From contig JACRPI010000036.1 of assembly GCA_016214075.1 (NCBI GenBank), forward strand, positions 2,376 through 66,375: a DNA stretch of 64,000 bases. The letters are read 5' to 3'. The notes under the pieces are model-generated. The model saw only the letters and a list, made by a program, of their open reading frames with translations. It was not told the origin of the DNA and did not search any database. Source of the stretch: Candidatus Woesearchaeota archaeon. GTDB lineage: Archaea; Nanobdellota; Nanobdellia; Woesearchaeales; DSVV01. Both the position numbers and the translations under genes were made by a program. Shown one piece after another: positions 38,704 to 47,794 of the stretch; position 1 is the stretch's first letter, and every line of letters starts with the position of its first letter.

Positions 38704-39300
38704 TTATTCCTTCCTGCTGCAATACACGCGAAATCCACCTTTCTTGACAAGTGTCTCCACATTGCCAAAGACTTCTTTCATTTTCTTTTCCAGCATTGCG
38801 CCTCCTTTATTGTGCAGTGCGACAAGCTGCAGAAAACCACCAGAACGCACGTGCCCAACTGCCTGTTCAATGAGCTGATACACCAACGCTCGTCCTGCGT
38901 GATGAGGAGGATTGGTAATAATAGTGTCAAATTGTCGATCAGCAAGAGCAGAAAATAAATCACTTTCCATAATCTCAACAAGAGTATCATTCGCGCGCGC
39001 GTTCTCCGCGGCAGTTTTCAATGCGCGTTGATTTACATCGGTTAAAACAACAGTACAAGAAGGAAATGCTTTTTTGATGGAAATACCTAAAACACCAATC
39101 CCGCATCCTAAGTCAAGAACGTCCCAGCTTCTTTGTATTTTTACATGTTCTAAAAGAAGGAGTGTCGCGCTGTCCAGTTTCTCTGAGGAAAAAACACCAG
39201 AAACACAAATAAATGCAAGCGCCTGTCCATGATAGGAAGAAGTAACGCGTGTTTTTTTCAGCCGAGATTGTGGTTGGGGAGTAAAATAATGTTCTACCAT
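38704..39300 (-). CDS. Class I SAM-dependent methyltransferase (RsmC/RsmD/HemK-like small domain, NPPxH)
   Basis: 198 aa. VLDLGCGIGVLG motif I and TNPPHH motif IV. Confidence 0.7.
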   Translation of the reverse strand: MVEHYFTPQPQSRLKKTRVTSSYHGQALAFICVSGVFSSEKLDSATLLLLEHVKIQRSWDVLDLGCGIGVLGISIKKAFPSCTVVLTDVNQRALKTAAENARANDTLVEIMESDLFSALADRQFDTIITNPPHHAGRALVYQLIEQAVGHVRSGGFLQLVALHNKGGAMLEKKMKEVFGNVETLVKKGGFRVYCSRKE

Positions 39301-39302
39301 GA

Positions 39303-40127
39303 TTAAATCATAATATTGTAGAGCTTATACAAAAATCTATCGACTGCGCGGACAAGTTCTGCCTGTTCCCCTTGAATCGTGATGCAATTACCGTTTGCGT
39401 AAATAAGAGTTGGTGTTCCTGATTTGATATAAATCACCGGTTCAGTGGTAGAATCACAAGTCACAATAGGAACAGAAGCGCATTGTGCGTCTTCAACTGT
39501 GCACGCAGAAACTGGTGCAATGTTAAAAGTAGTGACTAAGTTTTGAGAAAGTTCTCCTGACGCGAGTGCGACATAGCCAAGATTTTCATCAGTAGGATTA
39601 AAAGTAAGATAGTAACGAAGGCTTGTGTTCGAAAGATTGCTCATGAGAACCGCGTTAAAAAATGGGTTGACATCTCCTGTAATAATAATGTCAGTCAAAT
39701 TCTTTGGACCATAATGCAAAGGAACATCATACAAATCTTCTGAGAAAGAATTGTAAATTTGTGTATACCATAATCCGTCGTAATACACAAAGCTATAACC
39801 ATTATATGTATAGCGATCGTCTTCATCAAGTTCTTCTTCAACAGTTTCCTGATGAAGCTCTGTTAAAGTCTGTGGATCTTGATCAAAAAATCGTGGAATA
39901 AGAAAAATTGTAAGAAGCACAAGAATGAAGATGCCAAGACCAATAAAGAATGCGGAGGTCGATGTTGAAGACTCATCTGAGTGTGAAGGAGCGCCTGCGG
40001 TCTTTTGATGCTGCGAATGCGCATGAGAAGCAGGAGTTTCAGAAGATGTTGTTGCGTCTCGAATTTGATACATCGCGAGATCTTCTCCAAGATCAGAATG
40101 CTCTGTTTTCTCTTTTTTATCGTCCAT
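39303..40127 (-). CDS. Hypothetical membrane-anchored protein with Ser/Thr/His-rich N-terminus
   Basis: 274 aa. One TM helix after a low-complexity N-terminal region. Confidence 0.4.
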   Translation of the reverse strand: MDDKKEKTEHSDLGEDLAMYQIRDATTSSETPASHAHSQHQKTAGAPSHSDESSTSTSAFFIGLGIFILVLLTIFLIPRFFDQDPQTLTELHQETVEEELDEDDRYTYNGYSFVYYDGLWYTQIYNSFSEDLYDVPLHYGPKNLTDIIITGDVNPFFNAVLMSNLSNTSLRYYLTFNPTDENLGYVALASGELSQNLVTTFNIAPVSACTVEDAQCASVPIVTCDSTTEPVIYIKSGTPTLIYANGNCITIQGEQAELVRAVDRFLYKLYNIMI

Positions 40128-40168
40128 GGAAAATCAGGAATAATTAGCCCTTTTTTAAGCTTATGAAT

Positions 40169-40771
40169 CTAAGAAGCATCCATGATGCCCGCAAGCGTAT
40201 ACACAACGCGATCTTTAAGTTTAAACAAGTCTTCCCATCGTGCTGCTTCAAGAACAACACAACCCGCTTCTTGGTAAATTCGTGGAGAAGTGACATTTGC
40301 CGTATGAATGAAGAGTGTTGGAAGGGGAGTAGAAACGCAGTCTAAAACAAGATAGGAATAAAGAGAAGAATTTGTCGTAAGTGCGAAAGATGTTTCTTGT
40401 CCAAAAGCAGGAAAGTCATCAACAGCAAGATCGCTGCGAAGGATTTCAATGTACTCAAGTGCACTATCTTCGGGGTCAAAGAGAATAACAGCTTGAGAGG
40501 AAGAACTAAGATAAGAAACAAGTGCACGATCAAAAGAAAGTGCTTCGAGAGAAGAAGGATAATTATAGCCATGAATATCTCCATAATCTGATTCTATGAA
40601 AAATCCTTCATCAGTAAAGGTGATATCGTGATCGTTGTATGCTTCAATAGTATCAGAAGAGCTTTGCGTTCCCTGCCAGATTGCGAGAACGCTCGAGATC
40701 ATGAGGAACACAATGATAAGGCTCATGATATTCTTTTTGTTCCAAAATCCTTCGTCTTTCTTTTTGATCAT
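40169..40771 (-). CDS. Hypothetical secreted/membrane-anchored protein
   Basis: 200 aa. N-terminal TM/signal anchor. Confidence 0.4.
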   Translation of the reverse strand: MIKKKDEGFWNKKNIMSLIIVFLMISSVLAIWQGTQSSSDTIEAYNDHDITFTDEGFFIESDYGDIHGYNYPSSLEALSFDRALVSYLSSSSQAVILFDPEDSALEYIEILRSDLAVDDFPAFGQETSFALTTNSSLYSYLVLDCVSTPLPTLFIHTANVTSPRIYQEAGCVVLEAARWEDLFKLKDRVVYTLAGIMDAS

Positions 40772-40888
40772 CGTACTGCAAAGTATAAAGTGATTTATAT
40801 GTTTTGTTATAGGAAGTGATATTGATAATCAATGTTTTTCTAGAATCAATTCTAAAAATAATCCATTTGCTATAATTAAGAAAGACAT

Positions 40889-41010
40889 GGGGAGTCTCAA
40901 GGACTGTCAGGCGATTTAAGCAGCAGTAAAGCAAGGAGTAAAAAAACACGCACCAAGAAAAGTAAGAAATGTCAGGGGGACCCATTGCACCAAAGTGCAA
41001 TGGGGGTATT
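40889..41010 (+). ncRNA. Structured sRNA candidate, family S, paralog 1
   Basis: gactgtcaggcgatttaagcagcagtaaagcaa...acgcaccaagaaaagtaagaaatgtcaggggga + hairpin cccattgcacCAAAgtgcaatggg + tattgg U-tract. About 75% identical to 56866..56998. ctataattaag TATA-like box about 25 nt upstream. Confidence 0.35.
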
Positions 41011-41102
41011 GGAAATTATTTTATGAATAGAAATTATGAGATAATCAAAATGAGAAAGAAGAACAAAAAGCATATAAGACATAAAGACAACACAAAACAA
41101 CA

Positions 41103-41795
41103 ATGAAAGAAAAACCGATCATTGAAGTAAAAAACGTCTGGAAAACATATTACATCGGAAAAACACGAGTCGATGCGCTGCGAGGAATATCGCTCACGAT
41201 CAACAAAGGAGAGTTTGTCGCGATTCAAGGCCCTTCAGGATCAGGAAAATCAACGTGCATGAATATCATTGGCTGCCTAGACATGCCAACAAAAGGAGAA
41301 GTGTATTTAGATGGACATGACATTAGGGAGTTTGAAGAATCTGAACTCAGCCTCTTAAGAGGAAAAAAGATTGGCTTTATTTTCCAACAGTTTAATCTCA
41401 TCCACACATTAACAGCAGAAAAAAATATTATGTTGCCGATGATTTTTCAGGGAACAGAAAGAGACATTCAGAAAGAGCGCGCAGCAGAGTTATTGGAGCT
41501 TGTAGAACTCAGTGATAGAAAAGAACATCGTCCTGGAGAACTCAGTGGCGGACAACAACAGAGAGTTGCGATTGCAAGAGCGCTTGCAAATGATCCTGAA
41601 GTATTAATTGCGGATGAGCCGACAGGAAATCTAGATTCAAAGACAGGTGCCTTGATTATTGAATTTTTGAAAGAATTAAATGAAAAAGGAAAAACAATTA
41701 TCATTGTCACGCACGATGAAAAAGTCGCAGAGCAGACAAAACGGATTTTATTGATAAAAGACGGAAAAATTATTAAAGAAACAAAAAAGGAGTAA
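41103..41795 (+). CDS. ABC transporter ATP-binding protein (MacB/LolD-type)
   Basis: 230 aa. Walker A GPSGSGKST, signature LSGGQQQRVAIARAL, Walker B. Confidence 0.9.
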   Translation: MKEKPIIEVKNVWKTYYIGKTRVDALRGISLTINKGEFVAIQGPSGSGKSTCMNIIGCLDMPTKGEVYLDGHDIREFEESELSLLRGKKIGFIFQQFNLIHTLTAEKNIMLPMIFQGTERDIQKERAAELLELVELSDRKEHRPGELSGGQQQRVAIARALANDPEVLIADEPTGNLDSKTGALIIEFLKELNEKGKTIIIVTHDEKVAEQTKRILLIKDGKIIKETKKE

Positions 41796-41800
41796 GCACG

Positions 41801-43078
41801 ATGAACACAATAAAAAAAGGAATACTCATTATAACAATGATGATCATGAGTATAATCATCATGCAAACTGCAACTGCAGACATTCTCGACAGCCCGCACA
41901 TAAACGCAACATTGAGTTATCAGGATCCTGATCCTGTGGATCCAGGAGAGATTGTAGAGTTACGCTTCAGCATAAAGAATGATGGCGCAAGCACAGCAAA
42001 GACAGTAGAGTTCGAGATAGAAGGAGAGTATCCATTGCTCCTTGCGAATGGAGAAGATGAAATTAAATCACTCGGAGACATCTCAGTCTATAATGCGGAT
42101 AAAATTGACACAGGAGAAACAACCCTCAAATACAAATTGATTGTCGATCCAAATGCAGCAGAAGGAGAATATGAAGTCACGTTACGATACAAAACAGAAG
42201 GCGGTGTGAGTAGAGGAAATTGGATAACACTAGATCCGTTTAGCGTTCAGGTGGGTGGAAAAGCGGCAGGTGTCGTGATTGAAGAAACAAGAACAACACC
42301 TGAGCGCGTCGCGCCAGGAGAGAGTGCAGATATTTCTATTATAATCACAAACAATGGAAACACATACATTGAAGACATGACAATCACATTAAACCTACAA
42401 AATACAACAGAGATTGCACCATTGAAAACAAGTAACGAAGTGATTATACGAAATATTAAGGGAGAAGAAAGCAAAGAGGCAAATTTTAGTTTGATTGTCG
42501 CGCCAGATGCTGCAGTGAAAGTGTACAAAATTCCAGTCACGCTCAAATATACAGACCAAAGAAATAATAAGTATGAAAAAAATACCTACATCTCAATCGT
42601 TGTCGACGCAGAACCAGAATATGTATTGAATATTGAAGAAAGTGAAGTCTACGAAGAAGATGTTGCTGGAAATATTGTGGTAAGTCTTTCAAACATCGGC
42701 GTCGCGAATCTCAACTATGCGACACTCACCCTGGAAGAAGGGGAATATTATACGATTCTTTCCAGTGACACTGTATACCTCGGAAATCTTGAAAGCGACG
42801 ATTATGAAACTGCGCAATTCAAAATATATGCAAAGGACTATGTGGAAGATTTGCCATTACAGTTTCGCTTGGTCTATAAAGACGCGTTCAATAAAAATTA
42901 TGACGAACAGATAACGCTGACCACAAAAATGTTCACCTCTTGGGAGGCGAGAAAGTACGGCCTAACAGAAAATGGAACAGGATTTACAACAGTATTGATA
43001 CTTCTTGGAGCTGGAGTGCTTGGATGGTATCTCTGGAAGCGGCATAAAAAAGCGCAAACCAGTCCAAAAACAAAATGA
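41801..43078 (+). CDS. Secreted beta-rich protein with C-terminal TM anchor (S-layer/CARDB-like repeats), ABC-operon associated
   Basis: 425 aa. N-terminal signal peptide, repeated beta-sandwich-like segments, C-terminal TM + basic tail. Confidence 0.45.
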   Translation: MNTIKKGILIITMMIMSIIIMQTATADILDSPHINATLSYQDPDPVDPGEIVELRFSIKNDGASTAKTVEFEIEGEYPLLLANGEDEIKSLGDISVYNADKIDTGETTLKYKLIVDPNAAEGEYEVTLRYKTEGGVSRGNWITLDPFSVQVGGKAAGVVIEETRTTPERVAPGESADISIIITNNGNTYIEDMTITLNLQNTTEIAPLKTSNEVIIRNIKGEESKEANFSLIVAPDAAVKVYKIPVTLKYTDQRNNKYEKNTYISIVVDAEPEYVLNIEESEVYEEDVAGNIVVSLSNIGVANLNYATLTLEEGEYYTILSSDTVYLGNLESDDYETAQFKIYAKDYVEDLPLQFRLVYKDAFNKNYDEQITLTTKMFTSWEARKYGLTENGTGFTTVLILLGAGVLGWYLWKRHKKAQTSPKTK

Positions 43079-44283
43079 GGACAGAAGAAACAACGCTTGC
43101 GTTGTATCAAGATTTAATTGTCATTGCATGGACAAATGTCTGGAAACGAAGATTGCGAAATGGACTTACTGTTTTAGGTATTGTCATTGCGATAACGACA
43201 ATATTCTCATTAGTTTCGATAGGAAATGGATTAGATCAAGGAATACGAAAAGAGTTTGAAGAAATAGGAACAAACAGAATCTATGTCACCTCTTCTGGAT
43301 CAAGCATTACAAGTTTGCAGGGAGGATTAACAGAAGAAGATGTCAAAACATTGGAAAGTATGAGTGAGTTTCTTTGGGTAACTCCCTATCTGCAGGAAAA
43401 AGTCACTGTAGAATACGCGAACAAGAAAAAAGTATTAACAGTATGGGCAACAACAACAGAACAGTTAGAAGAACGCTGGGATGATATTAATTTCGAAATA
43501 GAGTCCGGAAGAGTATTTGTCAGCGGAGAAAAGTATAGCGCCATTTTAGGCTATAAAACAGCGCACGAAATATTTGATAAAGAGATTCATGTCAACGAAA
43601 ATATTATTATCAATGACAAACGATTCAAAGTTGTGGGCATATTTGCACCGATTGGAAACCCTGAAGATGACAGTGTTGTGGAGCTTCCGCTGGATACTGC
43701 GCAGGAAATGTTTGGGAAGGGAGATCAAGTCTCGATTATTGAACTCGTCGTAAAAGAAGGCGTTGATCTGAACGAAGCAGCGGCAAAAGCAACAAGGGCA
43801 TTAGAACGAAAACGAGGAAATGATTTGTTTGAGATAGTAACACCAGACCAATTACTCCAACAATTTTCTACCATCCTTAAAATCATCAATGTGATTCTTG
43901 GGGCAATTGCAGGAATCTCATTAATTGTCGGAGGTATTGGCATTATGAACTCCACTTATACTTCTGTTTTAGAGAGGAAAAAAGACATTGGCATCATGAA
44001 AGCGATTGGCGCGAAAAATAGGTACATTCTTTTTTTATTCCTCGCAGAAGCGGGGTTTCTTGGATTTGTCGGAGGAGTAATTGGAATCGCGTTGGGATTC
44101 ATGATTGCGAAGATGACACAGTTTGGTGCTGCTGCTGCGGGATTCCAAATGCTTGCGGTGGAATTTAATTGGAAAATCATGCTCTTTAGTTTACTTTTTG
44201 CAGTCCTTTTTGGAATTGCCGCAGGAGCATTGCCTGCGCGAGAAGCGATGAAGAAACAAGTAGTGGATGTGTTGAGGAAATAA
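43075..44283 (+). CDS. ABC transporter permease, FtsX/MacB family
   Basis: 402 aa. N-terminal TM, large extracytoplasmic domain, C-terminal FtsX 3-TM region. Confidence 0.8.
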   Translation: MRTEETTLALYQDLIVIAWTNVWKRRLRNGLTVLGIVIAITTIFSLVSIGNGLDQGIRKEFEEIGTNRIYVTSSGSSITSLQGGLTEEDVKTLESMSEFLWVTPYLQEKVTVEYANKKKVLTVWATTTEQLEERWDDINFEIESGRVFVSGEKYSAILGYKTAHEIFDKEIHVNENIIINDKRFKVVGIFAPIGNPEDDSVVELPLDTAQEMFGKGDQVSIIELVVKEGVDLNEAAAKATRALERKRGNDLFEIVTPDQLLQQFSTILKIINVILGAIAGISLIVGGIGIMNSTYTSVLERKKDIGIMKAIGAKNRYILFLFLAEAGFLGFVGGVIGIALGFMIAKMTQFGAAAAGFQMLAVEFNWKIMLFSLLFAVLFGIAAGALPAREAMKKQVVDVLRK

Positions 44284-44284
44284 G

Positions 44285-45475
44285 ATGGTCACACAGCGGG
44301 AATATTATCAATATGTTTGGAATAATATTACAGAAAGAAAAGTACGGTCATGGCTGACAGTGCTTGGCATCATCATAGGGATTGCTGCGATTGTCAGTTT
44401 AGTGACGTTAAGTAAAGGAATGAATACTGCAGTGCAGGATCAGTTTGAAAAAATGGGAATCTCTTCGATTCGTGTTGTTCCTGGAGGATTACATGGTCCT
44501 CCAACAGGATCAATGGGATTTTCTATAGGTTTACAAGAAAAAATTGAAAATGTCAAAGGAGTGGATTATGCAAATCCAGTTCTCATTGATTATGGAACTG
44601 TAAAATCAAACAGAGAAGAAGAAACAGTGATGGTGAATAGTTACGATACGTCGCTCAGTGAGCGCGCGTTTGTCGATACAGATTTGCAAATAGAAGAAGG
44701 GAGATTTTTTGTTCCAGGAGAGCGAGGCAGCATTATTATTGGTTATGATATTGCGTATGATCTGTTTGACAAAGATATTGGAGCGAAAAATTCTGTGTTA
44801 ATTAATGACCAGAAATTCAAAGTGATTGGGATTTTAGAAGAATCAGGCACAGACGCGGATGACAGAATCTACATGGGTCGTGAAGACGCAGAAGTATTGT
44901 TTAACAAAAAAGATGTTGTCAATGTATTTGTCGTCCAAACCACAAAAGGAATGAACGCTGAAGAAGTTGGAGCGAAAATTGAACAGGAATTGTTGAAAAC
45001 ATTGGAAGATGAGCAGTTTGATGTGTTTACCCCTGAGCAATTATTGAAGCAGATTGGCGCGATGATTGGGGTTATTCAACTTGTGCTTGCGAGTATTGCG
45101 TCAATTTCCCTTGTTGTTGGCGCGATTGGCATTATGAACTCGATGTTTACCGCTGTTCTCGAGAGAACACAGGAGATTGGCGTGATGAAAGCGATTGGCG
45201 CGCCGAATAAAACGATTGTTATCTTTTTTATTATAGAAGCAGGGATGATGGGGTTTGCGGGAGGCGCTATCGGAACGCTGGTCGGAACCCTGCTGTCGTA
45301 TGGGGTGCAACTTGGCGCGTATGTCGCAGGCTATAATTTGTTTAAAGTGACGATTGATGTTTCGATGATTGTCTTAACATTGGTGCTTTCGTTTGTGTTA
45401 GGCGCAGCAGCTGGCGCGATTCCTGCGTATCGTGCTGCGCGAATGAAACCGATTGATGCGTTGAGATACGAATAA
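44285..45475 (+). CDS. ABC transporter permease, FtsX/MacB family (second copy)
   Basis: 396 aa. Paralogous architecture to the preceding gene. Confidence 0.8.
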   Translation: MVTQREYYQYVWNNITERKVRSWLTVLGIIIGIAAIVSLVTLSKGMNTAVQDQFEKMGISSIRVVPGGLHGPPTGSMGFSIGLQEKIENVKGVDYANPVLIDYGTVKSNREEETVMVNSYDTSLSERAFVDTDLQIEEGRFFVPGERGSIIIGYDIAYDLFDKDIGAKNSVLINDQKFKVIGILEESGTDADDRIYMGREDAEVLFNKKDVVNVFVVQTTKGMNAEEVGAKIEQELLKTLEDEQFDVFTPEQLLKQIGAMIGVIQLVLASIASISLVVGAIGIMNSMFTAVLERTQEIGVMKAIGAPNKTIVIFFIIEAGMMGFAGGAIGTLVGTLLSYGVQLGAYVAGYNLFKVTIDVSMIVLTLVLSFVLGAAAGAIPAYRAARMKPIDALRYE

Positions 45476-45526
45476 TGTTACATAAAGGAAATATTTAATT
45501 TGAAAGAAGTATAATACAATAATTCT

Positions 45527-45727
45527 AAGAGAAACAGACGCTCGACAAATGCTCGCGTCCTAACGCACAAAGTCTCACAGGAACGTTCGACTTTGTGCGT
45601 TTGTTAAGGCGAAAAATAACAACATGGCGCCGACGCGACGGGGGTTGACCCCTTCGGGGTGTCGCGTAGGACAAAATTAGTAGAATTTTGTCCGTAGGCC
45701 GCCATCGTTGTTGTTATTTTTTGCAAC
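45527..45727 (+). ncRNA. Structured sRNA candidate, family E, paralog 2 (about 201 nt)
   Basis: agagaaacagacgctcgacaaatgctcgcgtcctaacgcacaaagtc ... gccgccatcgttgttgttattttttgcaac. Same helices as paralog 1 with compensatory substitutions (acgcacaaagtc/gactttgtgcgt perfect). Central domain replaced by different hairpins (gggggttgaccccTTCGggg; ggacaaaatt..aattttgtcc). gtataatac TATA-like upstream. Confidence 0.45.
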
Positions 45728-45796
45728 TTTTGATAATTTTTAGACCAAGCGTAAGATCAAGTAAAACATATAAACAAATGGAGTTTCTTTTCTTGT

Positions 45797-45952
45797 ATGA
45801 AATGTGAAGTCTGTAAAGGAACAATTCAACAGCACTTTTTGCAGAAGATTATTGGTACTGTAGTGAAAGACGCGAAAGGAAAAAAGCATACTGTTTGTTC
45901 GAATTGTCAGAAATTGTTGAAAGAGAAGAAGTTGATGTTAGAGAAATTATAA
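45797..45952 (+). CDS. Small zinc-ribbon protein (51 aa), below the ORF-track cutoff
   Basis: Hand-translated MKCEVCKGTIQQHFLQKIIGTVVKDAKGKKHTVCSNCQKLLKEKKLMLEKL. CxxC...CxxC. Confidence 0.4.
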   Translation: MKCEVCKGTIQQHFLQKIIGTVVKDAKGKKHTVCSNCQKLLKEKKLMLEKL

Positions 45953-45959
45953 TTGTATT

Positions 45960-46031
45960 GCCCCCGTAGCATAGTAGCCATTGCGTCGGTTTCGTAAACC
46001 GAAGGTCGTGGGTGCAACTCCCATCGGGGGC
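45960..46031 (+). tRNA. tRNA-Thr (anticodon CGU)
   Basis: Manual fold: acceptor GCCCCCG/CGGGGGC, D-stem GCA/TGC, anticodon stem TCGGT/ACCGA with loop TTCGTAA (anticodon CGT), T-stem GTGGG/CCCAT, T-loop TGCAACT. 72 nt, discriminator T, no encoded CCA. Followed by oligo-T. Confidence 0.7.
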
Positions 46032-46035
46032 TTTT

Positions 46036-46662
46036 TTAATCCTTCAACCTTCTTACTTTCTCTTTACAATATTCTACTTTTGTTTCAGAACCTAAATAAG
46101 TACAGAACGTCTCATCTTCGTTAGAAAGAGCAAACTGTTCTATGCATTTCTCAGAATCATCCCAGACTAGATAATCACTGCAAAATGTTTTTACATCTCT
46201 AAATTCCAAAATTCTATTAAAATATTCATAAGAAAATCCTTCACTATCATAATAAACCATCATCGTATCAAAATCAGTGGTATACATATTCGCAACATAG
46301 GCAATAAAAGTCTCGTCATCAATTTGTTCGAACTTTATTACCATAAAAGACGAGTAATAAACCCAGTATCTACAGACATTGAGAAAAGTCTGTTCATCAA
46401 CTTGTTTTTTATGATCATCAGACATATATTTGTATAATGCATTGCAATCTTCTTTGTTCATATAATAGACAACAGTCTCCGCAAATTGTTCTGCTTGCTC
46501 CGCAATATCATTTTCTGGTTCATCATTTACCCAAAGAGGTTCTTCAACAGTTTCTTGAACAACGGGAACTTCCTTTTCTTCTATACTTTCCGTAATTTCA
46601 GAACCACAAGAAAGAACAAATAAGAGAAGAACAAGCAACAAGCAAAAGAGTTTCTGTTTCAT
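46036..46662 (-). CDS. Predicted lipoprotein, hypothetical
   Basis: Start trimmed to MKQKLFCLLLVLLLFVLSCGSE (lipobox LSC). Acidic Cys-containing mature domain. Confidence 0.5.
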   Translation of the reverse strand: MKQKLFCLLLVLLLFVLSCGSEITESIEEKEVPVVQETVEEPLWVNDEPENDIAEQAEQFAETVVYYMNKEDCNALYKYMSDDHKKQVDEQTFLNVCRYWVYYSSFMVIKFEQIDDETFIAYVANMYTTDFDTMMVYYDSEGFSYEYFNRILEFRDVKTFCSDYLVWDDSEKCIEQFALSNEDETFCTYLGSETKVEYCKEKVRRLKD

Positions 46663-46747
46663 GAGGAGAAGTATATTTGTCTTGTTTAAAAATATAGTGC
46701 CCTTTTCCCCCACAACCATTAAAAACCAACCTGCATTTTTCTCCAAT

Positions 46748-47794
46748 ATGGAACTCAGTAAAGAAACAGAGCAAGTAATACAAAAAGCAGAAATAATCTA
46801 CAAGCAAAACTTCCCATTAACAACCTGCTTCGAAAGAGCGATCTTCTTCAGTTGGTGGTGCGGAATCAATGATTGTGGGTTCTGCTACATGTCCGCGTTG
46901 CCAAAAGATAAAGTAAGCAAAGAGGAATCCATCAGACACGAAGCAAGTATTCTCGCAGAAGTCTGGTTGTGCAAAAAAGTAGGATGGCAAATTGGCTTTT
47001 TTACAGGAGGCATTAACGCGTTTTCAGGAGATAAAGTTCTCGATATGTTAAAAAAGATCAACAAAATCTACGGAAAAGTATGGCTTAGTGTTGGTCCGTT
47101 GGCAAAAACGCAATTAGAAAAATATGCGCCGTATGTTGAAGGAATAGTTGGATCGCTGGAAACAGTGAATGAAGAGATACATAAAAAAGCATGTCCTTCT
47201 AAACCTCTTGCTCCATATTTTCGTATGTTTGATGCAGCACAGGAACTCAAACTAAAAACAGCAATGACGTTTATCATTGGGTTAGGAGAGACAAAAAAAG
47301 ATCTTGCAACAATAAGAGAAGTCATAGAACGATATCATATTTCTAAGATTCATATCTATGGACTTATTCCGCATGAAGGAACAATGTATGCGAATGCACA
47401 ACCTCCAACTGCTGATGAACAAGCATGGTGGATTGCACAAATACGCATTGCATATCCAACACTCGATATTCAGTGCGGCATTTGGAGTGATCGTACAGAG
47501 AGAATTTCAGTACTGCTTCGCGCAGGAGCAAATAGCATCTCCAAATTTCAAGCGATTAAACTATTCGCGACAAAACCTGCGCAGGACATTGAAGCGCAGG
47601 CGAAGATTGGAGGAAGAGAGTTTCTTGGTTCCCTCACCAAACTTCCAGAAATCAACATCAACGAAATCGATGATTTTGGATTTGACGAAGAATTAACAAA
47701 GAACATTAAGAAAAAAGCAGAACAATATCTCAAACTCATGAGACGAAATGTCGAGCATCCAGAGAGAACGCAGTTGATTCAAATTCATGAATGA
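46748..47794 (+). CDS. Radical SAM protein of the BioB/HydE/HmdB-like class with apparent Cx4Cx2C cluster motif
   Basis: Start trimmed to MELSKETEQV. Motif region FSWWCGINDCGFCYMS (codons tgc gga atc aat gat tgt ggg ttc tgc). TIM-barrel-like remainder resembles biotin-synthase-family proteins. Confidence 0.55.
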   Translation: MELSKETEQVIQKAEIIYKQNFPLTTCFERAIFFSWWCGINDCGFCYMSALPKDKVSKEESIRHEASILAEVWLCKKVGWQIGFFTGGINAFSGDKVLDMLKKINKIYGKVWLSVGPLAKTQLEKYAPYVEGIVGSLETVNEEIHKKACPSKPLAPYFRMFDAAQELKLKTAMTFIIGLGETKKDLATIREVIERYHISKIHIYGLIPHEGTMYANAQPPTADEQAWWIAQIRIAYPTLDIQCGIWSDRTERISVLLRAGANSISKFQAIKLFATKPAQDIEAQAKIGGREFLGSLTKLPEININEIDDFGFDEELTKNIKKKAEQYLKLMRRNVEHPERTQLIQIHE

